A stretch of 64,000 bases of DNA, from contig OZ316896.1 in NCBI GenBank assembly GCA_973895155.1, positions 5,089,925-5,153,924 on the forward strand. The letters are read 5' to 3'. Made by a program: the position numbers and the translations under genes. Positions within the stretch are counted from its first letter, which is position 1. Each line of letters begins with the position of its first letter. The stretch comes from Marsupella aquatica (taxonomy: Eukaryota > Plantae > Marchantiophyta). Positions 1-13,470 of this stretch are shown here, piece after piece. A model generated the notes under the pieces. It saw only the letters and a program-made list of their open reading frames with translations, did no database searches and was not told the DNA's origin.

Positions 1-2229
1 CTTCTGGGAATGGGAAAAATCTGATCCCGATTTTCTTGGATGACGGCCAAACAGAGGATTGTAATTCAGCATGTACACATAAGTGAGTGGCAGTAACACT
101 TGCAAAGATGAATTTCTTCTTTGGATGGGAATGCCGAGCTCTGAGAATTTTTGCCCAACTTCTTCAGCAACATTCCAAGCTGATGTTCTGAGGGCCACGA
201 GTAACTGTGGGAAGAAGAGTTTCAAATACAGTTCTGGTGCAGCGGAATACCGAGGACCTGCAGTCTGGGAGTCCCAGGAGACCGATTTTGATGCGGGGGT
301 CTTTGTGCGGACACTTCAAACTGGCGAATGTATATTAGTTGGAAACTTGAAAAGCGTTTGGGGCCGGGCTGCGAGACCAGCTGGTTACTATCCTGTCTAG
401 CAGGCCGAGTTATTCTGGATATTAGCACCCTCATGAGCCTAAATCGGCAACCTACTTTCATGAGGGTGCTAATGTCGTGGCTGGTTGAGGATATGTAATA
501 TATTTTTTCATAAATACATAAACAAGAGCAGAATCAATTACCTGCTTTCCTTACTTCCCTTCCTCAAGTTGTATCTGATCAGAACTTTGAAATTGATCTT
601 GGCTGTGTTTGATCTGCAATTGTTGTCCTCGACAATCGGTGGATCTCTTAGCTTCGTGGTGATTACCACTACGGGAGGTTTTCATTGCTTTTCTGCCCAA
701 CTTCTTCAGCAACTAACTCAGCAGAGTTATTCTGCTACTTCAATATCTTGGCTACTCCCAATGGGAGCAGACGCCATATCTCTTGGTGGTCCGCCACCTT
801 GAATCGTTGGCCTGTTGCTACTGTTTCTATGACAAGAAAGACAAATTGAAAACTTCAATATCTTTCTTCTTGCTCCAATGGGAGCGGGCGCCACAATTAA
901 TGGTTGTTGGCCCGAATCCATCAAGGATCAAATCGACCTACTTTCCTTGGATGAAAGTATTGTAACCATCGAGGGCCACTCTGCCATCGAGGGCAAGGGA
1001 TGGGGCCGGGTCGCTACGGAAATGGATACTACCTCAGTTGCTTGCCAAGCGCAGGGAGGCCCTGCCTTACGATTGATGCTCTGAGCTGTTTTGGATCCTG
1101 AGACCCCTAGTTTGACAGTATTTGACAGATCCCATAACTTTGCTAGCATTTGACAGACCGCAGAAGCAAGTACTCCACGGTACCTTTCTGGCTAGTACCA
1201 CGGACGTAATTTAGGTCTAATAATCCTGATCTCTTTTCTGATACTTCCTCTTTAGGTATACGATTTTCTCTCAGCTGAAGCCCGAGAACGCGGCTGGATT
1301 CTCATCTAGAAATTGCAAATCATGTACGCCCTTCAACGAGGATATCAAAGATGATAACTCACAAACTGAGAAAGTGACCATGAATTTCATTGTTCGTAAG
1401 TAGGATTTACCAATGTCAAAAGGGTGTTCAAAATTTTTCAGCTTTGGTGCGCAAAACTCTCAGTTGCTGAAAACACTGCAAACACAGAAAGCTTGCTCTT
1501 TAGCTATTTCATGTGGATCGAGCAAATCTGATTGACAGCGAGTTTGCTTCTCAACGACAAAGCTTCGCAGTTCTTGCATCCTTGTCATTCGTACTTAAGC
1601 CTTGGGGATTTGGTAACCTTACGGATTTCCCCATCCTTACAACTCATTTGCCATTTGAAGCTAGTAGGCCATCAAGTAGGCCTGTATGTCGATGTAGAGC
1701 TCGGACCGTAGGCCATCTACTCTCGAGTAGAAGCAGAATCAATGCTCTTGTTGCGGATTTTTCCAAAAATATCTTAATGCACGAAGAGCGAATCAAAACA
1801 GTACAGATCAGCTGGTCAGCGATATAATCTCCAATAGAATGATCTCTCTATTGCGATTCGACCGACCGATAGAGGTCCCGAAAGAAGACAAAAACCTTTG
1901 GAAAGCAACACAAGCTAGTCCAGGTTGGCCTCGAGACCGAACACAGCGGAGAAGGTACTAGCTCTGAAGGGAACTATTTCTGTTGAACGACGTCATCTCT
2001 CGAAGCTACTGGTTTCCTTAATTTTCTGAGCCAGATTTTCTTCCACAACCTTCCACAACCTTCCCCTTCCCTACAAGCGTGCCACAAGGAAGGAAGAACG
2101 TAATTGTTCCAGTGCAACCCGAGAAGTTCTCTCGGATTTGATCGTGGGAGTCCGACGATTTTGCTCGATCGACCGAGGGCCAAGTCTGGCGTGGAACTGA
2201 CCGTACAAGCGCCATCAACAGCTTACAGG

Positions 2230-2379
2230 ATGGGGTGTCTGCTTAGCAAGCCATCGACATCTGGCGACGCTTCTGCAGGTCAACACAGTCGTGGAGATGA
2301 CGGGGGCGTCGGAACATTCTTCGGTGGAAGTGGAGGTGATGGCGGAGGGGCTGGAGGTGGTGGAGCTGGAGGAAGCTAG
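2230..2379 (+). CDS. Small (49 aa) Gly-rich protein with N-myristoylation/S-acylation motif (family copy 1)
   Basis: ATG at 2230 gives MGCLLSKPSTSGDASAGQHSRGDDGGVGTFFGGSGGDGGGAGGGGAGGS*. MGCxxSK is a classic dual-acylation N-terminus, and the start context ACAGGATGGGG is shared with three paralogs. Confidence 0.6.
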   Translation: MGCLLSKPSTSGDASAGQHSRGDDGGVGTFFGGSGGDGGGAGGGGAGGS

Positions 2380-5300
2380 GTTTGGTAGAATGCATCCTTG
2401 TTATGAATACTGGTCGATCGATCAGAGCGATGTAGCTCATAGCAGGCCAGTTATAGATATGTTTCAATCTATACGCGGTAATAAATCGCAAGCCAAGAGT
2501 CAGTCTTTGAGCATCGGGAGTCAATAGATCAAATTGTTTCCAGGCTGTTAATAAAATAGTCAATCTAGCTGGATTCATATTGAGAATGTCGACGTTCAAT
2601 GATGATTAGCATACTCTCTAGCCTGGTGGGCGTAAATAACACTTCACAGGATACATCTTCTCAATTTGTGAGCTAGAACTGGGGACAAATTGTGCATCTA
2701 CGAAAGTGAGATACCTTCGTTTGACAGCGTAATTAATGCAGAATGTCAGAATGTTTCAAGTTCTTTTAACCGCCATTTTGAATGCATCTAAGTTATTCTT
2801 TAGTCACTCGCGCGCAATGCTCAAGCTGAATAGATTTCAAGATTTTTCAATTTGCGAAGTCCGTTAGCTTGACTGCTCTGTGCGGGCGTAAGATTGTAAG
2901 GCCATGTTGAGGTTCCACTCATCACTTGAGAGTCAATTAATTTGGTATCACTTTGAAATCTCCTTGTCCCAATTCAATTTCAGCAGGCGAGTGACTACAG
3001 CAAGCATACAATGCTTGAATTTTTTCAATTTCCTTTGTCACAGTATAAGCTTTTGCAATATCTGGGTATCCATTCGTAAACCCTCGAGGTTTGGCAACGT
3101 CCCTTCAAGATCAGGGTCATCGTATTTGGGAATGCATTTGCCTGTAGCCCTTTCTCCAACAATCAATTGTATACGTTCCCTAGCTCCACCATCCTTGATT
3201 ATGCTTTGCGAACAGGTTCTGATGCCTAGACCATATTTTATCCAATCAAACTTGTAAAACCTGTTCAAGTTTAAGTGACTCCAATTCTTTGGCTGGCTTG
3301 GTCTTCCCTTGCGGCCCACTCTGCAGTTGTTTGTGTCCGGGTGTGTGAGCCAGACAATTCTCTGATACGCAATACGATCACCTTGTCTGGCTTGGTAGCT
3401 TCTTGTTACTGCAATTATGGAAAGCAAACGCGTAAGTTCCCACCGTTATGTACGCTTGAAGGAAAGCAACCTAAATTCTACGCGCCACACAAAACTCATC
3501 ACGAGACAACGAAGAACATTTAGGTTCTGGGCCGTGGATTGAATTGAACTGATTCCAAGAAGTCAGCGAATCTCAACACGGCGGAAGGGACACACAGGAC
3601 GTGCAGATTCTTGGGATTAAATCGGCTGATTCAATGTCCAGCAGCACCACATATTGGCTGATCGCCCAACGTGCAAAGACCGGCCAATTCAATGAAAACA
3701 GTACACAGCATCAGCAGTGGGAATAATTCTCCGGTCGATCATGCGACCGATCCAAAGGGAAGAAAACAAAACCAGTAAAGAATTCAATTGCACGACCTCG
3801 GAAGGCGATAATCTCTGAAGCCTAATGGTTTCCTGAACTTTTATAGCTACATTTTCTTACACAACATGCTTTGCTTCGCCTCCCCTAAAACCTAGAGAAG
3901 CATGACAACCAACTTCCTGAGGTGGTGTGGCGTTAGAGAGAGCCCACCTAGCGCTTGCCCAAATGTTGACAATTCTTGCACGAAGCTTTATTCAACCTTC
4001 AGTTCCCATCACTAGTCCAATTCACACATTATAACTCTAGGTAGCGATGATCGGAAGTATCAGCCTATTCACAAAGAAAGCTTGACCTATGTCGTCATGG
4101 CTACTGCAGGTACGAGAAGCATTACTGTTTGACTGGTTAAAACCCTCAAGCACCTGTGACACTCTAGAATGATACCAAGATCTAAAGGATGCCTGCTACA
4201 TCTTTATTCATCTGCATGCCTTCGATAAATCCCTTAAATATGGTACTTAGGGCCGGTTCGAATTCGGTAACACTACACTAGGGCAACCTTATACGACGAC
4301 ATGAAAGTACACTGGTAACTTTTATAAACAGCACAAGACTATACTTCTAGATCAAAGAGTATGAATGTTGACCTGGGTCAAACTGAAGAGACTCTGTTTT
4401 CTCAATAGTTTTCTCTACGGCTAAAACCCCACAGATCAACCTAGCAGGATATGGGCATGTCTGAACAGTACAGTACTCGTTGATTGCTGGTAGGTGCCCC
4501 TATAGTTCTGCAAAGCACTGACTGTATTGTGGAAAGTGCTCACTGGGACAGCAGCTTGGGTGACATTTGATATGTGAACTATTGGTGAAACCAATACTTT
4601 AGACGTTTTCGGGCATTGAGAACAGCCGTCCCTACATCCTCGTCAAATGTACGACTCATGCCTTTCGTTTGAAGCCTAAGTAGATGATTCATCAAAGCGC
4701 GTTGATCAAAGAAGCTGGTTGTCACTCCTGCATGTGTCATGCTGTGGGCCCTTCACGCATGTGAGCAAGATAGCCAAACAAACCTGTTGGGATTTGAAAA
4801 ATGTCGCAAGCGCCAAGACGGGTTGAATCGATCCGTAGAAACCCCTCTCATCTTTCCAGAAACGCTGGACGGCTGGACCATGTAACTTCGGGCGCAGGAC
4901 TTCAAAACGATGGTAAGAAGGGTCAAGACGCTGTAAGTGCTGCTGTTCTTCTGGGCCTTGTTGTACCTCGCCGTCCTTTCCAGAACTTTGACTCGGTCTT
5001 CAAATTTGACGACAAATGCCCGCACTAAAGTCGGTGGAGACTGAAATTCGTAAACAACATGCCCCTGAACAGCGAAGTACATACGAACAGATCGCTGTTT
5101 GCAATTTGGCGTTTGACGTTTTTCGTCGATGGAAGTGGCACTTAGAATGGGAGGTTAGAAACACGTAAAGTGTGCCACAATCCAAGCTACGCGCAGGTGC
5201 TTCGCGAGCCTCGTCTGATCCTGCAGGAAGCCTGAACTCTATGTCACCGCAATTCCTACCCGCGTTTTCAGATAGAGCACGACATGAAGAATGTCTGTAC

Positions 5301-5617
5301 GACTGTATATATATACCCATGAGGGCACTTCGAGTCCATTGAGAATTGTAGGGAAACGCATCAAGTTACTGTACTGAGCTTAATTTGTCAGTGAGAGCGC
5401 AAGGACTGGACTACATCTCCACAAGCGTAATTGTTTCAATAAAAATCGGGAAATTCTCTCGGATTGGAACGTGGAAGGACAGAGGAAGATTTTGCTCGAG
5501 CGTAACTGTGATCAAGACGAAATCGGCAAGTTCTCTCGGATTCCAACGTGAGAGGACACGCAGAAGATATTGCTCGAGGGAAACTGACAGTGCGCGTCGC
5601 CAGCGAGAACTTACAGG

Positions 5618-6097
5618 ATGGGGTGTTTCTTTGGCAAACCATCATCTGACTACGCTTATGAAGCGAATGGAGGTAAACGATCACAAGACATAATTGATGG
5701 AAACAAGGAAGGAAAGAGGAGAAAGCCAGAGAAAGGTGATGCTGGAGGAGGCGATGGAGGAGGAGGCGATGGAGGAGGAGGAGGTGACGCAGGAGGTGGA
5801 GGAGAAGGTCATCACGGTGGGCACCATCACCACGGTGGCCATTCTCACGGCGGTGGTCATCACCACGGCGGTCGTCATCATCATCACGTCGGTGGTCATC
5901 ACCACGGTGGTGGACATCATCATCACGGCGGTGGCCATCACGCAGCTGCTGGCCATCATGTCGGCGGTGCCCATCACGCAGCTGCTGGCCATCATGCCGG
6001 CGGTGCCCATCACGCAGCTGCTGGCCATCATGCCGGCGGTGCCCATCACGCTGGAGGAATGAGTGGAGGTGGAGGATTCACTGGAGGTGGATTTTGA
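5618..6097 (+). CDS. Gly/His-rich protein (159 aa) with N-terminal MGCFFGKPSS, basic patch and GGHHH / GGAHHAAAGHHA repeats (family copy 2)
   Basis: Intact ORF with the same start context as copy 1, a KEGKRRKPEK basic patch and 36-nt tandem repeats at about 5935-6050. The 3' flank is homologous to that of copy 1. Confidence 0.7.
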   Translation: MGCFFGKPSSDYAYEANGGKRSQDIIDGNKEGKRRKPEKGDAGGGDGGGGDGGGGGDAGGGGEGHHGGHHHHGGHSHGGGHHHGGRHHHHVGGHHHGGGHHHHGGGHHAAAGHHVGGAHHAAAGHHAGGAHHAAAGHHAGGAHHAGGMSGGGGFTGGGF

Positions 6098-9000
6098 TAA
6101 TATGCACCTTTGTTGTGAATGCTGATCAATCTATCAGAGTGACGCAGCTCAGATGATCGATCAGCAGATATGCTTCAATTCGATAAAAATTTGCAAGCCA
6201 AGAGTCCTGGTCTGATAGAAATCTGGTAGCTCGCACTTTTGGCGAGACTTGTTCCCATCTCGAATTGGGTGGATTCATGTTGAGAATGTCTCGTTCCATC
6301 TTTTGGACGAGCGCTTTACCTTCCAATCCAGCGAGCTCTGATGATTGTCATGTTCTCTTGCGAGCATAACTGACACTTGATAGATTTAAGAAAAGGTCTT
6401 TTCGTTGTGAGCAAGAAACTAGTCGAAATTTCTGTACATATGTACACTGTACAAAAACAGGGTAAATTAATGCCATACTCCTACTAGCTGTCAAGATGCT
6501 CAATATTCATCAACTGTAATCTATATTCATGGAGATCTTGCCAATTGAGCATGGACTCGAATTCCATTTGAACTGAGATTAATCGACATATTTGCATTCA
6601 TATTGTTGTAGTGTGGGCGATTAGAATCCAGGAATGGCTTTGCCATGTGTTCACCTTACAATGTCTGAATTGCACGGAGGTCTTGCCTTGCGATTAATGC
6701 TCTGAGCTGTTTTGGATCCTGAGACCCCTATTCTACCAGTATTTGACATACCCCACACCTTTGCTAGCATTTGATAGACAGCAGAGGCGAGAGCAGAAGA
6801 AACTACTCCACGGTACCTTTCTGAGTTCTCCACAATCATAATAACAGGACACCTTTCATCTTTGATTCACCTTACCTCAAATCGTTAGGTCTGATAACCT
6901 TACTCTCTTTGCTGACCCTTCCTATCCCATTGCCAATTGTTTGATCTGATACACGAAAAACTCAGACTCGTCAATCAATGAATCTAGCATCATTTGGTAA
7001 ATGTCAGACAAGTACATACAAGTACATACAGCCAATGGTTTACAATTGATTTCAGACAAGCACATACAGCAAATGATGTACGATTCATTCCAAACGGAAC
7101 GGCAGACAAACTTAGCTGGACATCTCAACGATTCTTTGTAAGTGCTCGTCTTCCTACGCCTCGGACGATCCTCTCTCCAAAAGCAATGTATGTACCTTGG
7201 CTAGCTGGAGGGTTTCACTTCTACTGGTAAACACCCCCAAAAATGTGGAATTCGAATGCACCCATGGACCTTGCTTAAATGTCCAAACTACTAAAACAAT
7301 ACCGTAGAGGAACGGGCGATGAATCCATATTCAGTTATGGTGAAGAGGGATTGCTTTGCATGATATGACATATTTCCTTCAGATGTCATCCGCAGTTTAA
7401 ATGTAAATTCTCAAGCCTGCAGGGTGATTTTCCGAAGCACGGAAGAAGTCACCAATTGCGGAATATCGCTCGAATGAGGCAATTCTAGAGCAGTGAATAG
7501 GGATGTTCTCCTTTTTCCTAATAATCAGAGTCTCCCATCGCACGAAGGGCACAGGAAATGTGCAACGCTTCAACAGAAAAGAGATGAAATGAAATGTGAA
7601 CATTCGACTTTCCTCGTCTCTCAAAAAGGTCGAGTGCTCTCAGTGATTTTTGGCAAAGGTCTACCTAATGGAACAATATCTCACTGAAAAACGGTAGATG
7701 ATGCAAAAGCCAAACCAGCCTGCTCTTACTTTTATGAGAAGAGAGTTCCTGCTTTCGAGAAAAGTATCCTGAAAGCAAAAATGTTGCTGAAATCCTGAGA
7801 CATGATCCAGATGACAGCCATGTTGCCACAAGATGATCTTTAAGGCGATGTTCTCCTTTCGTACATGTGCCTCCTTGGAGTCTTGGAGCATTACTCCCAC
7901 ACAATTACTTCCGAGAGAATGCGGTAAGGACCTTGATCCTCCTTGAAAGAATTCAATTCATGTGCCTGATCGAAGCTAGGTGCTGTTGTGTGTCAAATGG
8001 AATGACATCTTCGGTGTCGTTAAAATCTCAGAGTACAGAGTCCGTGAATAATCGAAGCTAGGTGCTGTCGCATGTCAAATGGAATGACATCTTTGGTGTC
8101 GTGATACCTCGTAGTATGGAATTCCTGAATAATCTCTACTACTTTCTCTGTTCTCAAAATGCATCCTTGAGCTAACCGAAAACCTGAACGACTTTAGATT
8201 GTGCACGAGCAATGCTCGAAGATGTCAACATTGTCAAAAATGGCATTGGAAAATTACAATGAATGTTTCAAGCTGGGGTTGCATGAACCGATATGACACA
8301 ACGGTGATATAAGGGTCAGGGAACTGGGGTCCAACGCGGAAGAAATTATGACAAAGGTGAGATTATCATCGATCAGGTGTCGGCATTCAATTTCCTCATG
8401 ATTAATTTGGAATCCCTAAGTAATGGCCGGAAAAAGAAAATAAATTGGTTCGCACTGCTTGCAGGGAAAACCTACAGTAGACGACGTCAAACTTATTGTT
8501 CAAGAAGATGTGGCTCACCACGACTCCAATCAGCACTGGAACCAAACTCTGAAGAGACGCAGCCCAGCTTCAAGAATAGTTAGACCAAAAACCACAGTAT
8601 GATCAGCAAGCGGCGGAAGCTTCAATCACCTCCACTCGAATCCCACGCACCAGTCGAGCTTCAGGAATACTTGACAAAAGCCCTCAACCACACTACGAAC
8701 AGCAACCGGCCCAACTCCAAATTCTATCCCTATCTCAGCAATGAAGCCACCAAGTTTTATTTGAGACTTCTCAAAATCAGATACTCTTTACTTCAGCTTC
8801 TCTTTCTAGAAGGATATTTGAAATTGTTCAGGCTTATAACACACTTACAATTTTGTGTGGTCAACCTCAAAAGACGAAGAACAAAAAGCCCTAGAGATAT
8901 GAAACATATGAAGCCGCCCATAATGGTTGTAACAACAGTAATGGCCTAATACTGCCACTGTGAGTTTGGCACTATAGCTATGCTTCGTGAGATTTCTTTT

Positions 9001-9229
9001 CAATTTTAGGGATTAAAGGAGTTTGAGCAATAGTTGATGCCTTTTGTGACGTAGATGCCAAAGATGGGTCTGCAGTGAAGGATACTATTAGTTGGATCCA
9101 ATCACATGTCAAGAATCTGCGGTCCAAAGAGAGGCCAAAGAAAGTCATTGATACACAGAATTTTTCCATCAATAGAGCAATGTCGCTACCATTTTATTCA
9201 GACTTCTCAATAAGACATTAATTTCTCCT

Positions 9230-12200
9230 TCATAAGCTTTCTCCTGAGTGAAGCTTTCTAGGAGGAAAAAGTCTGTTATTCAGGTTCACAACCCACTTAT
9301 AGTTTGGTCTGATCAACCTCATCAGACGAACAACAAAAAGACCAAGTGCTATAAAACTTATAGAGCTGCCCACAACGGTTGTAACAACAACGACGGCCTT
9401 GTACAGCCAATGTGATTCTGGCACTATTGCTATGCTTGCTGCGCCAAAGGCACATATCACAAAGGTGATTGATGCAAAAAGAAGGACTACTGAGATTTGC
9501 ACAACTCTATTAGCTATGCGGACTTCAAGCTGAAGCCCTTCCCGCGGTATTGTCAAGGACGGGATGACAGCCAACATTATGGAAGCCATGGCAAGGTAGA
9601 ATGATAAACCATCACAAAATAGAAAAACTTGAACTGCACCGTGATTCACTTGGCTGTAACCAGTTAACCATGTGTCTGCACTTGTTGATAATCCAAGGGG
9701 AGGTTGCAAAGGTCCCACAAACGATGCTGTGGCCACCAGTGCGGCAGTCACAGATACAGCAGTCGAAGCAGCCACAAGGTTCTCCTTAGTTTCTTGAGTT
9801 TGTCTAGCCATTTTATCATACCACCATCGTGTGAGCTCATCTGGTGCTGAAGTTCTCAGCTGAGGAGTTTGTCCTCTGTCACTTTTTTGGTCCATGTCAA
9901 GGCCTGCTTGCATCAATAATTCAATGGAACCTATTAACGTGCCCAAGGAGTTTTTTTTCTGACCACCGTCAAAAGTGCCAGATTGCATAAACTTACAGAA
10001 TTTCACCATATCTCCTGCAAAGAAACTGCTCTCCACCTGCAATCCTACTTCTGCCCACTCCGCCACATAGTGAAGAGCTGTGCTGCCATCAAACGCATGC
10101 GTCGCAAAAGGATCAATCCTTCCACTGTCCAATAAAGTTTTGACAGCGAGAGGATTGCCACTATGCATGGCAAGATGAAGTGCAGGGGATGTTCTCAACA
10201 ATCTGTCTATTTCATAATTTGAAAGCAGGGGATCCATTGAATCCACCGAAGGGCGATTTATGAATCCGCTATCCCAGAGCTTGCCATCCTATCACAGCCA
10301 ACATTTGCAACTTACAATGGCGAAGGACCCAAACCCTAGTGTATTTTCCGTCAAACTTTTGAAAGATAATTTGAGAAATAGACTCCAAATTTTGACATTC
10401 TCATAAACTTGCATTTCTTGTTTAAACTTTAAGCAAATCACCCATAAGTTAGTACGGCCAAAACATTTTGTATCTACTCGATCGTGCCACACTTTGGCTC
10501 CTTTTATGGACTCGAGACAAGAAACATTTCGAAGTTCAAAGAACATTCTACAAGTTAGAACTCAGACCCTTCTTAAGGAAGCAAAACACCTCGAACTTTC
10601 AACCAAGCTCAAACTCTCAACACAACTCAACGAAGCAGTTCAAATTGTACTTGCACGGTACCTTGAGCATAGCTTGCAAAATCTGTACGCGCCCTAGAAT
10701 TGCTGCTAGTTGGAATGCTCCGTGCAGAGTCTCGTTACTTGAGATCTCCCCGTCAGCCCGCCCCTTTGCCAAGTTAAGTTTAGCACCTCGATTTATCTCA
10801 CATCCTTTCTCCATGAGAATCTTCACGCAGTCGATTTCATTATGTATCACTGCCAGATGTAGTGCGGTTAATTCACTTCTACTAAAAGGGGCATCCACGA
10901 GATCTTTGAATCCATCGATTTCAGCCAGTTGCTTCACCTGATCCGCTCTTCCGTTAGCTACAGCTACATGCAAAATGTTCATGCCCGCTGAGTCACGTAC
11001 ATCTAGGACACTCCACTCGTCGGCGAGCTCTTCGGTGACCGAAGATTCTGTCATCACATGGATGAAATGTGCAAAAGCGGACAACAAGCCGTCGAAGTCG
11101 CGGCCGAACTTTGAGAAAGCGATGTGCACCGGCGTCTCGCCATTATGGTCCGTGAGCTTCAGAAGATGAATCGTGCGAAAAGGCCCTAACTTTTCGCACA
11201 CCTTTTTCAAAACATTTAATAACGCTGGACGGAGATGTTCTGCGAACCTGTCCTTACGTAGCAAAGATCTCATGAAGTCGTCAGCTTGGAGTTTTGCACT
11301 ATCTAGGAACTGCGCTGCAAGGAAATGAAGCACAAATAAGTTGTCGTCATCGCCCAATGAAATCCCGAATGGTGTGCCCCACCAAAGACCGGATTCAGAA
11401 TAGTTTGTCCGTGCCTTCGTGGGAAACTTATTCGTCCCCCATTGAAACAACTCCTCCCGCACTGTCCTCCCGACAGCCCCAGTTGTTATCTCGGCCAAAG
11501 AATCACCGTGGAGAAAAGCTTCAAAGTTCGAGTTCATGATGGGTACCAACACATCAAGTATATGTTGCTTTCCGGTTTGCTCTTGCGCCTGCCTATTAGC
11601 ACGCACTATGGCCCATCGTCGTTGTTGAGGAATCCCGTCAGGACTTAGAAACACCCCCACCCCGTCCTCTATTGCTGCATCTAGTAAATCTCCCATACCA
11701 TCGTGAATGACAGAACCAAGCTTTGAGGGGGCTACCACGAAATCAACATTCAAGGCATCCTTGGGTAAAATCACCTTGAAGGGGTCTAATATTTCTGGAG
11801 GGGCTATTTCTAACATCTTTGCGACAAGGTGCTCAGAATTTACAATGATGGCCAATTGAAAAATACTGCTCACACGACCTAACACAAATTGCTCTCGATC
11901 TTTAGCCCAAGCAAAAGTTTCTAGCATCAATTGATGGTTGTCACTGATCATATGAATCATCCCCTCTATATCCCAAATTTGTACAAGACGTCTGAACTCT
12001 GTCCTTTGTGCTTCTGCGACTGCTGTGTTACCCACTTCTATTTCAATGACTCCAGTGTTACCCGCTTGTTCCGCTTTCCTCAAGCTGGTCTCTATTTGTC
12101 TCAAGGTGGTATCCATTTGACCAAGGTACTTTAGTATACCAGCAAAAGACTGTTTAAGCTCAGTGACAGATGCATCTTCACATTGAGTCATTGCATGCCC

Positions 12201-12251
12201 AGGTGCGGGTACCGGCTCCTGAAGCATGGCCCCTGCCAAGCTATTATCCAT
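9230..12251 (-). CDS. Ankyrin-repeat + PGG-like 4-TM membrane protein (ACD6/ITN1-like), copy A; exons 12251-10662 and 10288-9230, ~882 aa
   Basis: Ankyrin motifs GETPVHIA, GMNILHVAV, LTALHLAV, PALHLAM, GSTALHYVA. PGG-like VTAALVATASFVGPLQPPLG is followed by hydrophobic helices. A phase-0 GT..AG intron (AAG|gtaccg ... gatag|GAT) joins the two ORFs in frame. The start ATG choice is inferred. Confidence 0.88.
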
Positions 12252-13059
12252 TGATAGCCTCCTCGTGATCTTCTGCAAAGGGAAAGCGTGAGCAACTGTG
12301 TCTTTCTTACGTTCACTGCATTATGGCAGCTAGTAAACACTTCGGCACTGCTTAAAAGCTTCTGCTGCAATTTCAGAGCCATGGAGGAGTAAATCATTGA
12401 GAGAAAAATACAGAATACCGAATCAGTCAAATACGTACCCTTTAAAAAGTAATGACTGGTTTTCTAGTCTGAGCACTGTTTCAGCCTTGTTCTGTGGACT
12501 CACAACCCTTTACTAGTTCTCACAGTCGTACTCTCCATATGGGCCTGATCCTGACAAGAAAGCTCTAAGAAGTCACTTTCCAATAGAGTGACGGCCAAAT
12601 CACTTACATGATAGCAGGACCTTCAGTTCGAGCCCAGAACCAAATAGCAGGACCTTCAGTTCGAGCCCAGAACATGATAGCAGGACATGTAAGTGATTCG
12701 GCCGTCTATTGGAACCAAATAGTTTGCAAACTATCACTTACATGTCCTGCTATATTGACCTGTAAGTGATTCGGCCGTCGTTCTTGACCCCGTCATAACC
12801 TTGTGCTCTGAGGACAAGGCCAACACCCTGCCAATGGAGTACGTAATCGTGTAAGTACTTCTAAAAAGGAATATGGGTCCTCAAACCACATGAATACTAG
12901 GAAAGCACAGGCATTCACGACAAACCTTTGTCGAGAGTGACATGGAAAGCATCACAAACCATTATACAAAACCAAAGCATCCAAGGTAGGGTTTAGATTG
13001 CATTCGTTATGATGAAACCAGCATTACCATCTATGGATACTTCGGTGGTTTCGACTGTC

Positions 13060-13470
13060 GAGTTGCAAGCAGCTCGGCTCCGTTGTCGATTTGATCCCAA
13101 ATGGACAACAGATGACACAATAGCTAGAGAGCAAATTGGCTGCACCAAGTGAGGGAAAGTGGATCGTGAGCGTACTTCATATACCGTTTTGATGGCAGCT
13201 CGGCTCCGAAAAGAAATCTTAAATGCGGAGCGGATGACACAGTAGAGAGCAAATTGGCTGCACGAAGTAAGGGAAAGTAGATCGTGAGCGCACTTCATAT
13301 ACCGTTTTGATGGCAGCTAAGCCCTGTTGCTTAGAGTTGCAAGCAGCTCGGCTCCGTAAAGAAATCCTCAATGCGCAGCGGATGACACAGTAGAGAGCAA
13401 CTGGCTGCACCAAGTATGGGAAAGTGGATCGTGAGCTACGTAATTAATATACCATTTCGATGGCAGCTAA
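13060..13470 (+). repeat. ~125-bp tandem repeat, 3 units (2 units in the paralog at ~29325-29575), upstream of the ANK-TM gene
   Basis: Recurrent gcagctcggctccg ... gatgacaca(g)tag..agagcaa(a)(t/c)tggctgcac ... ggaaagt(g/a)gatcgtgagc. Confidence 0.75.

Noticed and set aside
928-1149. ORF MLAKLWDLSNT... with similar sequence at ~6651-6839 and ~23300-23430
   Set aside because: Frame and ends are not conserved between copies and there is no recognisable domain; treated as duplicated non-coding DNA.
5681-6062. Alternative-frame and antisense ORFs over the Gly/His gene
   Set aside because: Shadow ORFs expected from GGN/CAY repeat codons.
13060-13470. Possible CRISPR-like repeat-spacer array
   Set aside because: Whole ~125-bp units are repeated, there are no unique spacers or cas genes, and the context is eukaryotic.
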